From Alphaproteobacteria bacterium (GTDB lineage: Bacteria; Pseudomonadota; Alphaproteobacteria; UBA828), in assembly GCA_965237415.1 (NCBI GenBank), contig CBDEFM010000002.1, forward strand, positions 2,304,001 to 2,368,000: DNA of 64,000 bases, given 5' to 3'. Each line of letters begins with the position of its first letter. Position 1 is the first letter of the stretch. Below the pieces are notes generated by a model, which did not search any database, was not told the origin of the DNA, and was given only the letters and a program-made list of their open reading frames with translations. Positions 56,286 through 64,000 of this stretch are shown here, in pieces. The position numbers were made by a program, and so were the translations under genes.

Positions 56286-56781
56286 ACTAGAGCATGATTC
56301 CGTCAAGATCAAATGAAAAGAACTTCCATGATCTCGAACCTGTAGTTCCAAATTTCTTTACGAGCACATTGACTGCCTGTTGCTTGCATTGGTTCCCTTG
56401 CATTCACCAATGTTCGACGCGAACGCGCGTTTTCCGGAAGTGCAGGACACGCAACAGGTGAGACGAAGGCGTTGCTCACGCACCGGTGAGCTTTTTACGT
56501 GTGCAGATAAGGTCATCGCCTGACAGTTGCCGTTCCCGGCGGAAAGCCGCGCTTATTCGCTCTCGCCGATAGACAGAGGCTCGTCGTTGATGTCTTAGCC
56601 AGGGGCACGCAGGCGGCGAGGGCGGGGGGATACCTCATTGCAAACGTCGCGTAGGTTGTCGGACGCGCCGTCCGGGCCTGCGGCCCGGTAGGGCGGAGAG
56701 GGGACGCAGGCGGGACCGGCCTTGCCTTCCTCTGAAACCGCGAGGCGGAGGGGGACGAAGGCGGCGACGGCGAGGGTCTCT

Positions 56782-56825
56782 CCCTCTCCTCCCCCACGGG
56801 GAGGAGAGGGCCGGGGTGAGGTGGG
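56782..56825 (+). repeat. REP/CIR-like palindrome (13-bp stem) with GGGGTGAGG tail
   Basis: ccctctcctcccc-cac-ggggaggagaggg ccggggtgagg. Confidence 0.6.
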
Positions 56826-56933
56826 CGCGCTTCATCAAATCCTTCAGGCGCCGGGCGCTTGCGCCGTTCGGGCCTCTTCGCAGCCCCGCTCACGTCATGG
56901 CTGACTCCTCGTCGACTCCAACGGGCGACGCGG

Positions 56934-57280
56934 ACGTGCAAGACGCTACCTACCGCGCGCACGACCTTTCAGGCCCGCGCGACCCGGACCATGGTGCGGT
57001 GCACGGTGCGCGGCGCATGCGTCAACATCGCGTCATGTAGCGCGACAGCAAGCAGGTCACGGCACGCGGAGGCATGATGGGCAGGCGTGCAAGACCCTAT
57101 CTACCGCACGCGCGGCCCATTCTTCCACGCCTGCAAGTGAGACAATATGCCACGCGCTCGACCCTATGTGACGCGCGCGCGACCCCATCTACCGGGCGCA
57201 CGACCTTTCGGGCGTGCACGACTTTGCCACGCGGAATCCCACTTATCCCACTTAATCCCACTTAATCCCGGCGAATCCCG
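56934..57280 (+). repeat. Degenerate direct repeats (gcgtgcaagaccctatctaccg / gcgcacgacctttc) and tandem ATCCCACTTA repeats
   Basis: Units near 56935, 57086 and 57176; aatcccacttatcccacttaatcccacttaatccc at 57235-57269. Confidence 0.55.
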
Positions 57281-57346
57281 CATAGGAAATGTGTTGCCCC
57301 AGGCGGGATGGCGGAACCGGACCGCGACCGTGGCGAGAAATGCGGG

Positions 57347-58117
57347 TTAGCGATCTTCGCGCCGTCGGCGCTTGAGCCGCTCTGCGCCGGCGCGGAGGCG
57401 GGCCTGCGCGTCTGTGCCATGCCAGATTTCCACCTGGCGGGCGATGCGGGAGGGCATCTGCTCTCTCAGGTCGGCACAGAATTTGCCGAGCCGCATGCGC
57501 TTCGATTCCTGGAACGCATCCGGCGCGAGGTCGCGCAGGAACAGCAGACGCTGCCACGCCATCTGCTCGATCTCCGCCTTCGGCCCGGTCTCGTGGACGA
57601 GGTTGAGGGCGCGGCCCTCCTCGGCGCGGACAAGCTTGCCGGTGTAGATCATGTCGGAAGCGACGAAGTCTCCGGCGACGAAGCGCAGAAGCCGATCGCC
57701 GTAATAGGGGTTGGGCACGCCGAGCAGGACTTCCGGCTTGCCGATCAGCACGCGGCCGGTGGCGGCGTAGCGATAGTCGCAGGCCAGGTAGATGGCCATG
57801 GCGCCGCCGATGGCGTGGCCCTTGATGGCGCCGACGATGGGCAAGGGCGATTCCAGCATGCCGAGGATGAGGCCCGCCAGCGCGTGAAACATCTCCTCGA
57901 TCTCGGCGCGCGACTGTGTGAGCGCCCAGTCGAGGTCCACGCCGTTGGAGAAGAATCGATCGCCGCCGCAGAGCATCGCGCCGCGCGCATCGCGGTTGGC
58001 CTCCGCGACCGCCTGGGCCAAGTCCTGGATGACCGCCGTCGTCAGCGCGTTGGTGGTGCCGCTGCTGAGGCGGATGCGGCGGCAACCGTCCTCGTGCTCG
58101 CTCACGATGTTGGCCAA
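57347..58117 (-). CDS. Enoyl-CoA hydratase/isomerase (crotonase family)
   Basis: FFSNGVDL, GHAIGGA, LACDYR, PEV.LG; TTG start with GGAG RBS. Confidence 0.85.
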   Translation of the reverse strand: MANIVSEHEDGCRRIRLSSGTTNALTTAVIQDLAQAVAEANRDARGAMLCGGDRFFSNGVDLDWALTQSRAEIEEMFHALAGLILGMLESPLPIVGAIKGHAIGGAMAIYLACDYRYAATGRVLIGKPEVLLGVPNPYYGDRLLRFVAGDFVASDMIYTGKLVRAEEGRALNLVHETGPKAEIEQMAWQRLLFLRDLAPDAFQESKRMRLGKFCADLREQMPSRIARQVEIWHGTDAQARLRAGAERLKRRRREDR

Positions 58118-58144
58118 GACTCCCTCCCTCGTTCGGTGGGCCGC

Positions 58145-58558
58145 TCAACCCTGGCGCGGGCGGAAGCGCGGCAGCGTGAGCGCCTCCGTCACGCGGTCGA
58201 ACACGACCTCGACGGGAAGCCCGACGCGAAGCGCATCCGCCGGGCACTCGACGATGTTCGCGGTCAACCGCACGCCTTCCGCAAGCTCGATCTGCGCCAC
58301 GGCATAGGGAATATCGGCCTTGAATGCGGGGAACCAGTCCTTGTGGACCACGGTCCAGGTGGAGACCGTGCCGTGACCCTTCGCCTCCTCCCAGCCGATC
58401 CGATCGGAGAAGCAGGCCGGGCAGACCGGACCGGGCGGCCAGTGCCAGGCCCGGCAGTCCCCGCAGCGGGGCAGGCGGAGCGCGCCCTCGTGCGCGCTCT
58501 CCCAGAAGCGCGCGTTGTCCGGGTTGATGCGAGGTGTGGGTTTCTCGTATCCGCTCAT
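58145..58558 (-). CDS. DUF35 Zn-ribbon/OB-fold protein
   Basis: FWE, RCGDC...PP...CPAC, G.GTV.TWT, IEL.EG, VG.PV.V.F. Confidence 0.88.
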   Translation of the reverse strand: MSGYEKPTPRINPDNARFWESAHEGALRLPRCGDCRAWHWPPGPVCPACFSDRIGWEEAKGHGTVSTWTVVHKDWFPAFKADIPYAVAQIELAEGVRLTANIVECPADALRVGLPVEVVFDRVTEALTLPRFRPRQG

Positions 58559-58575
58559 CAGCTGCGTCCGGCCCC

Positions 58576-59754
58576 TCAGTTCCGCAGGATGACGGAATCG
58601 CCCCAGGCCGTCGCCCATTGCAGCGCGCGTGCCCCGGCGATCTGGCGCGGCCCGGCCTCGCCCCGCAGCTGGCGCACCATCTCGCAGAGCGAGTTCCAGC
58701 CGGCGACGTGGGCTTCGGAGAGCAGGCCGCCGGAGGTGTTGACCGGCAGCGCGCCGCCGGGGCCGATGCGACCATCCTGCACCCAGGCCGCAGCCTCCCC
58801 CGGCGCGCAGAAGCCGAAGCGCTCCAGCACGAACAGCACCAGCGGCGAGAAGGCGTCGTAGGTATAGAGGCCCTGGATCGCATCGCGCGGGATATCGGCC
58901 GAGCGGTAGACGGCAAGGTCGCGCTCGGCCGGGCGGCCCGGTCGAGCCGCGCTCTGCTGATTGATGCCGAGGCCCGGCGGGGCGAAGATGAACTCGTTGC
59001 GGCCCGCCTTCATGCCCTGCATCCCGGCGATGAGGACGGGGCGTTGCCTGAGGCCGCACGCGCGCTCGGCCGCCGTCACCAGCACCACGGCCGCCCCGTC
59101 GCTGACGATGCAGCAGTCGAAGAGCCTGAGCGGGTCCACGACCATGCGGGAAGCCTGATGGTCGGCCACGCTCATGGGCTTTTGCATCGCAGCGTTCGGG
59201 TTGAGCCTCGCATGGGCGCGGAGTGCCACCGGCACCGCGGCAAGCTCGGCGCTGGTCGTGTCGTAGAGCGCCATGTAGCGCTGCATGGCGAGCGCGGCGC
59301 CGCCCGCAGGCGCGGTCAGCCCGTAATGCGGCGTCTCCGCATGGGTGCCGCCGGTCTCGCGGTAGCCTTCGAAGTCGTGCGGCCCGCCGAGGATGTCGCG
59401 CTCCCGCGTGAAGCTCAGCACGTTCACGCAGGCGACGACGTCGGCCATGCCGGTGGCCACCGCCATCGCCGCCATCTGCAGGCTGCCGGTGACGAAGCGG
59501 CCGTGGGTCCAGGCCTGGTTGACGAAGCCGATCTCCAGGCCGAACGCCTGGGCGACCTGGTCGTAGTCGACGCCGAGAGGCCAGCCGATATGGATGGAAA
59601 GGCCGTCGATATCGCCTCGCTCGAGCCCTGCGTCTTCGAGCGCCGCCTTGAACGCGGCGGCGGCAAGCGCAAGCTGGCTCTCGGGCAGGTGACGGCCGAA
59701 CCGACTGGTACCGACGCCGACGATCGCCGCCTTGTCGCGCAGCGCCAGGGACAT
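58576..59754 (-). CDS. Thiolase-superfamily SCP-x/Ltp2-like protein (probable aldolase)
   Basis: AAIVGVG, HA.LNPNA, DCC.VSDG, YDAFS, NTSGGLLSEAH; no CxxG nucleophile at the usual position. Confidence 0.85.
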   Translation of the reverse strand: MSLALRDKAAIVGVGTSRFGRHLPESQLALAAAAFKAALEDAGLERGDIDGLSIHIGWPLGVDYDQVAQAFGLEIGFVNQAWTHGRFVTGSLQMAAMAVATGMADVVACVNVLSFTRERDILGGPHDFEGYRETGGTHAETPHYGLTAPAGGAALAMQRYMALYDTTSAELAAVPVALRAHARLNPNAAMQKPMSVADHQASRMVVDPLRLFDCCIVSDGAAVVLVTAAERACGLRQRPVLIAGMQGMKAGRNEFIFAPPGLGINQQSAARPGRPAERDLAVYRSADIPRDAIQGLYTYDAFSPLVLFVLERFGFCAPGEAAAWVQDGRIGPGGALPVNTSGGLLSEAHVAGWNSLCEMVRQLRGEAGPRQIAGARALQWATAWGDSVILRN

Positions 59755-61340
59755 CAGGCCTCGTCCGCTGCGAAGAATTCCGCGAGGCGGGCCTTCTGCA
59801 GCTTGCCGGTGTTGGTGAGCGGCAGGGCGCCGGCGGCGGCGAAGCGGAACTCGCGCGGCACCTTGTAGGCGGCCAGGTGTTCAGCGCAATGGGCGGTAAG
59901 AGCCTCGGCCGTAGGCGCGGCACCGTCGCGCGGCACGATGACGGCGGCGACCCGCTGGTCGCGCTCCGGGTCCGGCAGGCCGATCACATAGGCGAGCTCG
60001 ACCTCGGGCACCTCGGTCAGCACCGCCTCGACCTCCGCCGGCGAGACGTTGATGCCGCCGGTCTTGATCATCTCCTTCAGGCGCCCGCGGAAATGCAGAA
60101 AGCCGTCTTCGTCCAGCAGCCCGAGGTCGCCGGTGCGGAACCAGCCCTCGTGAAAGCTTTGCTCATCGAGCGCCGGGTCCTTGTAGTAGCCGCAGGTGAC
60201 GTAGCCCCGGACCAGAATCTCTCCGACCGAGCAAGCCGGCAGCGTCGCGAAGCTTTCGGGGTCGGCAATGACGATCTCCGTGCCCGGCAGCGTCCGGCCG
60301 ACCGTGTTGAGCCGCTTCTCCAGCGGGTCGTCCACGTCGGTGACGTTGGAATTGCCGTAGGTCTCCGTCAGCCCGTAGATGTTGCAGATCTCGCTCACGC
60401 CGAGGTCGATCAGGCGCTTGATCTGCTCGGGCGAGCCCAGCGTCGCCCCGGTGCGCAGCGAGGAAATGTCGCGCGCCGGCCGCTCGGGATGGCGCTCCAG
60501 CGCATGCACCATATTGGGTGTGCCGTAGAAGACCGTGCAACGCTCGGCCTCGATCAGACGCAGCGCGCGGCCTGCGTCGAAATGCTCCTGGAGCACCACG
60601 CAGCCCGCGTGGGTCATGACCGCGAAGAGTGCGTTCTCACAGCCGAGGCCCCAGAAGAGCGAGACCGCGAGCCAGAGCCTGTCGCCGGGGCGCAGATGCT
60701 GGCGCTCGCCGATGTTCCACATGTTCTCGATCAGGGCGTAGTGCTGGAGCTGGACGCCCTTGGGCAGCGCCGTCGTGCCCGAGGTGTAGAGCAGGTAGGC
60801 CACGTCCTCGCCGCGCACGGCGGCCTGGGCCTCTTCGATCACTGCGTCGTCGACGGTCTCCGCCAAATCCCACAGCGTCTCGAAGCGCCGCGCCGGGTGA
60901 TCGGCCGGGCCGCCGAGGCGGACAATCTCCTCGATGCGGGCGAGGGCATCGCCTTCGCGGCCGAGCGCGTCGAGGGTCTCCAGATAGTCGTACTTGAGGA
61001 AGCGATCGACCGTGATGAGGAACCTGGTGTCCGAGTGTCGGAGCACATGGGCGAGCTCGCGCGCCGTCGCCCAGGTGTTGATGGCGACCATGGTGCCGCC
61101 GAGGAGCACGATCGCGAAATCGGCGAGAATCCACTCGGGCCGGTTGCCCATGAGGAGGCCGACCTTGTCGCCCCGGCGCACGCCCAGCGCGTGGAGGCCC
61201 TTGGCGAGCCGGCGCACCGCGTCGCGCAGTTCGCGATAGCTGAGCCGCGTCTCGCCGCCGACCAACGCCTCGTGGTCGGGGTATCGATTCGCCAGCTCGT
61301 CGAGCAGGTCCGGAATGGTCTTCGCGTCGGGCGGCCGCAT
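59754..61340 (-). CDS. Acyl-CoA synthetase (AMP-forming)
   Basis: YTSGTTALPKG, YGLTE, WFRTGDLG, GRLKEMIKTGG, NTGKLQK. Confidence 0.9.
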   Translation of the reverse strand: MRPPDAKTIPDLLDELANRYPDHEALVGGETRLSYRELRDAVRRLAKGLHALGVRRGDKVGLLMGNRPEWILADFAIVLLGGTMVAINTWATARELAHVLRHSDTRFLITVDRFLKYDYLETLDALGREGDALARIEEIVRLGGPADHPARRFETLWDLAETVDDAVIEEAQAAVRGEDVAYLLYTSGTTALPKGVQLQHYALIENMWNIGERQHLRPGDRLWLAVSLFWGLGCENALFAVMTHAGCVVLQEHFDAGRALRLIEAERCTVFYGTPNMVHALERHPERPARDISSLRTGATLGSPEQIKRLIDLGVSEICNIYGLTETYGNSNVTDVDDPLEKRLNTVGRTLPGTEIVIADPESFATLPACSVGEILVRGYVTCGYYKDPALDEQSFHEGWFRTGDLGLLDEDGFLHFRGRLKEMIKTGGINVSPAEVEAVLTEVPEVELAYVIGLPDPERDQRVAAVIVPRDGAAPTAEALTAHCAEHLAAYKVPREFRFAAAGALPLTNTGKLQKARLAEFFAADEA

Positions 61341-61451
61341 GTCGTTGACTTCGCCACGGGGATCGGTCGCCAGAGAGTAGTCCGGGCGGCAGTCCGGGTG
61401 AACCTTCGCGGCCCCGGCGGGGCCTGGGTCGAAGGCGTCTGCCCGCTGCAC

Positions 61452-62180
61452 TCAGGCCCAGCCACCGGCGAACGGCACGACGTGGCCGGTGATGAAATCG
61501 CTCTTGTCGGAGGCGTAGAACGCCACCAGAGCGGCAACCTCTTCGGGCTTGCCGAGGCGCTTCAGCGGAATGTTCCGGGTCATCTTGGCCAGGGTTGCCG
61601 GATCGCTGACCAACTCGGGCGGGAAATAGGTCGGGCTCTCGACGTAGTTGGGCGCGATCGCGTTGACCTGGATGTTGTCGCGACCGAGTTCCTGGGCGAG
61701 CGACACGGTGAGCGCATTGGTCGCGCCGCGCGCCGTCACGTACATCGAGTAATTCGGCAGCCCCCGCAGGGGCGTCGCCGAGGTGATGAACAGGATCTTG
61801 CCGCTTCTGCGCTCCTTCATTTGCGGCACGACCGCACTGGCTATCTCGAACGGAAAGACCACCATGTCTTCGAGCGCCGCACGCAATTCGTCCGGGCTCG
61901 CCGCCTCGATAGGCGCGCGGACCGCGGCGCCCGCGTCGTTGCAAATAACCACGTCGACCCTGCCGCGAGCCTCGGTTGCGCGCGCGACGATCTCGGCCGG
62001 CGTTTGCGCACGGACGACGGTGAGTGCGGGATTGGCCGCCGCGAATGCCTCCGCCGCTGCGGCATCGGCGAAGCTCTTATCGTGGCAGACCACCGCCGCC
62101 CCCTGAGCGACGAGCTCGGCCGCGACGGGCCGGCCCACGAAATGTTCCACGTTGGTGATCAGGACGACACGGTCCTTCAT
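61452..62180 (-). CDS. Halohydrin dehalogenase (HheA-like, SDR fold)
   Basis: HHDH-diagnostic motifs T-X4-F-X-G (TNVEHFVG) and S-X12-Y-X3-R (SATPLRGLPNYSMYVTAR); VVCHDKSFAD, APNY, TYFP. Confidence 0.82.
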   Translation of the reverse strand: MKDRVVLITNVEHFVGRPVAAELVAQGAAVVCHDKSFADAAAAEAFAAANPALTVVRAQTPAEIVARATEARGRVDVVICNDAGAAVRAPIEAASPDELRAALEDMVVFPFEIASAVVPQMKERRSGKILFITSATPLRGLPNYSMYVTARGATNALTVSLAQELGRDNIQVNAIAPNYVESPTYFPPELVSDPATLAKMTRNIPLKRLGKPEEVAALVAFYASDKSDFITGHVVPFAGGWA

Positions 62181-62474
62181 CGGGTCTCCTACGGCGCGGT
62201 CTCGTTCGCGGCGGTCACCCGCCTGCCCGTTCTCCCCCATGAAGGGAATCAGGTCCTCCCACGCGTAGTCTTGCACGAAGTATTCCCTCGCGCTTCAGCT
62301 GCAGTTGTTGGTGTCGGAGAGCGATTCCGGCCCCGGGAAGCCGATGCCCCCCAGCCAATGCGATTCCTGTTTCCCCGTAGGCCGGGTCGGAACACATGCC
62401 CTGCCGGGTATGCAGACAACACACCTCGAAAAAACCTAGGCCGAGCCTTGCCCGGCACCCGCCCTAAACAACCG

Positions 62475-63428
62475 TCACTCGCGGCCGCGCCGGATATAGA
62501 CCGCTGCCGCGAGCAGGATCAGCGCACCTTTCACCACCATCTGGAACTCGATGGACAAGCCCAGGATGACGACGATGTTGAAGAGCGAAGCCAGGATCAG
62601 CGCCGCCAGCAGGGCGCCGATCACGCTGCCCTTGCCGCCGCGAAGGGACGCGCCGCCGATCACTGCCGCCGCGATGCTGTCCAGCTCGTAGCCTTGGCCG
62701 GTCCAGTTGTCGACGATTCCGACATAGCCGACCAGGAAGAGGCCGGCCGTGGCGGCAAGAACGCCGGAGATGACATAGGCCCCGATCACGATGCGCTTGA
62801 CCGGCAGGCCGGCCATATGGGCGGCGTCGGGATTGTCGCCGTAGAGCAGGAGCTGCCGTCCGGGAACGCTGCGCTCCAGCATCCAGTGCGCAGCGATTGC
62901 GACCGCGATCAACACGATCAGGATCACCGGGACGCCGCCAATGTCACCCGTCGCCAGGAACCGAAAGGTCTCCGGCAAGGATCCGCTCGGCGCGCCCTTG
63001 GTGTAGGCGAAGCGGATGCCCTGCAGCACGATCATCGTAGCCAGCGTCGCCAAGAACGGCGTCACCCGCCGATAGCTGACGAGATAGCCGTTGACGCCGC
63101 CGACCAGGGCGCCGAGCAGCAAGGCGGCGACGAAGGCGGTGGCCGTGTTGTCGAACGCGCCGATGGAGAGCACCGCAGCGGTCGCCATGATCGACGCCAC
63201 GGAGAGGTCCAGGCCCCGCACGACGATCACGATCATCTGGCCGATGACGACAAAGCCGAGCGGTGCGGCCTGGACCAGAATATCGGTGATGTTCTTGACG
63301 CTGAGAAACCGCGGCGACAGCACCGTCGTGATCGCCCAGATCAGGACCAGGAAGCCCAGCAGCAACAGGACTTCGCGGGTTTTCCGGCCCCTGACTGTGC
63401 CGCCGCCGCCGAGGAGTTGCGCGATCAT
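62475..63428 (-). CDS. Sugar-type (RbsC-like) ABC transporter permease
   Basis: GLDLSV, PFLATLA, G.N..AA..AG, YELDSIAAAVIGG.SL.GGKG. Confidence 0.88.
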   Translation of the reverse strand: MIAQLLGGGGTVRGRKTREVLLLLGFLVLIWAITTVLSPRFLSVKNITDILVQAAPLGFVVIGQMIVIVVRGLDLSVASIMATAAVLSIGAFDNTATAFVAALLLGALVGGVNGYLVSYRRVTPFLATLATMIVLQGIRFAYTKGAPSGSLPETFRFLATGDIGGVPVILIVLIAVAIAAHWMLERSVPGRQLLLYGDNPDAAHMAGLPVKRIVIGAYVISGVLAATAGLFLVGYVGIVDNWTGQGYELDSIAAAVIGGASLRGGKGSVIGALLAALILASLFNIVVILGLSIEFQMVVKGALILLAAAVYIRRGRE

Positions 63429-64000
63429 GACCGCGCCTTTACGACGAACAGCGAGACGGCGACGACGATGATGACTCCCTCGACGATCCACAGATAGAAA
63501 TTCGAAACGTTCAGGAAGTTCAGGACGTTCGCCAGAAGGGCGAGCAGGATGACTGCCAGAAACGTGCCCAGCACGCCGCCGCGGCCGCCGGCAAGCAGGG
63601 TGCCACCGACGATCACCGGCGTGATGGAGCGCAAGTCGAACCCGATCCCGGCGCGCGGATCGCCCACACCGAACCGGCCCACCAGGTAGATCGCGGCCAG
63701 AGCAACGATAAATCCCGACAACGCATAGATCAGCACCTTGGTCTGTTTGACCGGGACGCCGGAAATCGTCGCCGCCCGCTCGTCATCGCCGATGGCGTAG
63801 ATGCGGATGCCGAAGCGGGTTCGCCAAAGCACGAAGCCGACGATTGCGTAGGCCGCGATGGCGAACGACGTTCCCCACGGAACGAAGCCAAAAAAGCGGG
63901 CATACACGATGTCTTCGAAGAAGATCGGCACAGAACCGGCCGGTTGCTTGGTATGGAGCAGCGCCGCGCCAGCCATGATGGTCGATGTCGCGAGCGTCAC
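63425..64000 (-). CDS. Sugar-type ABC transporter permease (partial; starts beyond the window)
   Basis: T.FG..IYAIGDD..AA..SG, L.SI..VIVGG..L.GGRG. Confidence 0.85.
   Translation of the reverse strand: MTLATSTIMAGAALLHTKQPAGSVPIFFEDIVYARFFGFVPWGTSFAIAAYAIVGFVLWRTRFGIRIYAIGDDERAATISGVPVKQTKVLIYALSGFIVALAAIYLVGRFGVGDPRAGIGFDLRSITPVIVGGTLLAGGRGGVLGTFLAVILLALLANVLNFLNVSNFYLWIVEGVIIVVAVSLFVVKARS

Noticed and set aside
56934-57280. CRISPR array
   Set aside because: The repeats are degenerate and irregularly spaced, with no unique fixed-length spacers and no cas genes.
59877-63497. 1206-aa plus-strand ORF and similar long ORFs (40624-43119 -, 41529-43490 +)
   Set aside because: Antisense or alternate-frame shadows of well-supported genes in high-GC DNA, with no recognisable motifs.

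Overview
High-GC alphaproteobacterial (Rhodospirillales-like, judged from rRNA and gene content) chromosomal window in four parts. (1) 1-22.3 kb is a mobile-element-rich region. It has a form I CO dehydrogenase cluster (coxM-S-L-coxF, AYRCSFR motif) bracketed by IS1380-family ends. Next to it is a 13.9-kb nested element: one IS1380 whose two terminal inverted repeats have each been invaded at the same nucleotide (CCCGAAyTATTCA|yGACA) by the same group II twintron. The outer intron's EBS1 (UGAAUA) pairs with the IR core TATTCA. The right-hand twintron has also taken an IS3-like element, which in turn holds an IS21. (2) 22.3-28.1 kb is a complete minus-strand rrn operon (16S-Ile-Ala-23S-5S-fMet). 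(3) 28-55 kb holds housekeeping and catabolic genes: asd, leuB, gloA, dtd, hemB, a GS-like/Rieske/PhyH cluster, a second non-CODH molybdenum hydroxylase, AtuA, PrpD, a dipeptidase, a bis-MGD oxidoreductase, a CoA transferase and a penicillin acylase. It also has a eukaryote-type sterol C-24 methyltransferase bracketed by a 78-bp gene-end duplication. (4) 55-64 kb has a Fic module with a candidate LexA box, repeat-rich intergenic DNA, and an operon joining ABC permeases, a halohydrin dehalogenase, an acyl-CoA ligase, an Ltp2-like thiolase, a DUF35 protein and a crotonase. All calls come from reading motifs by eye; no searches were run.
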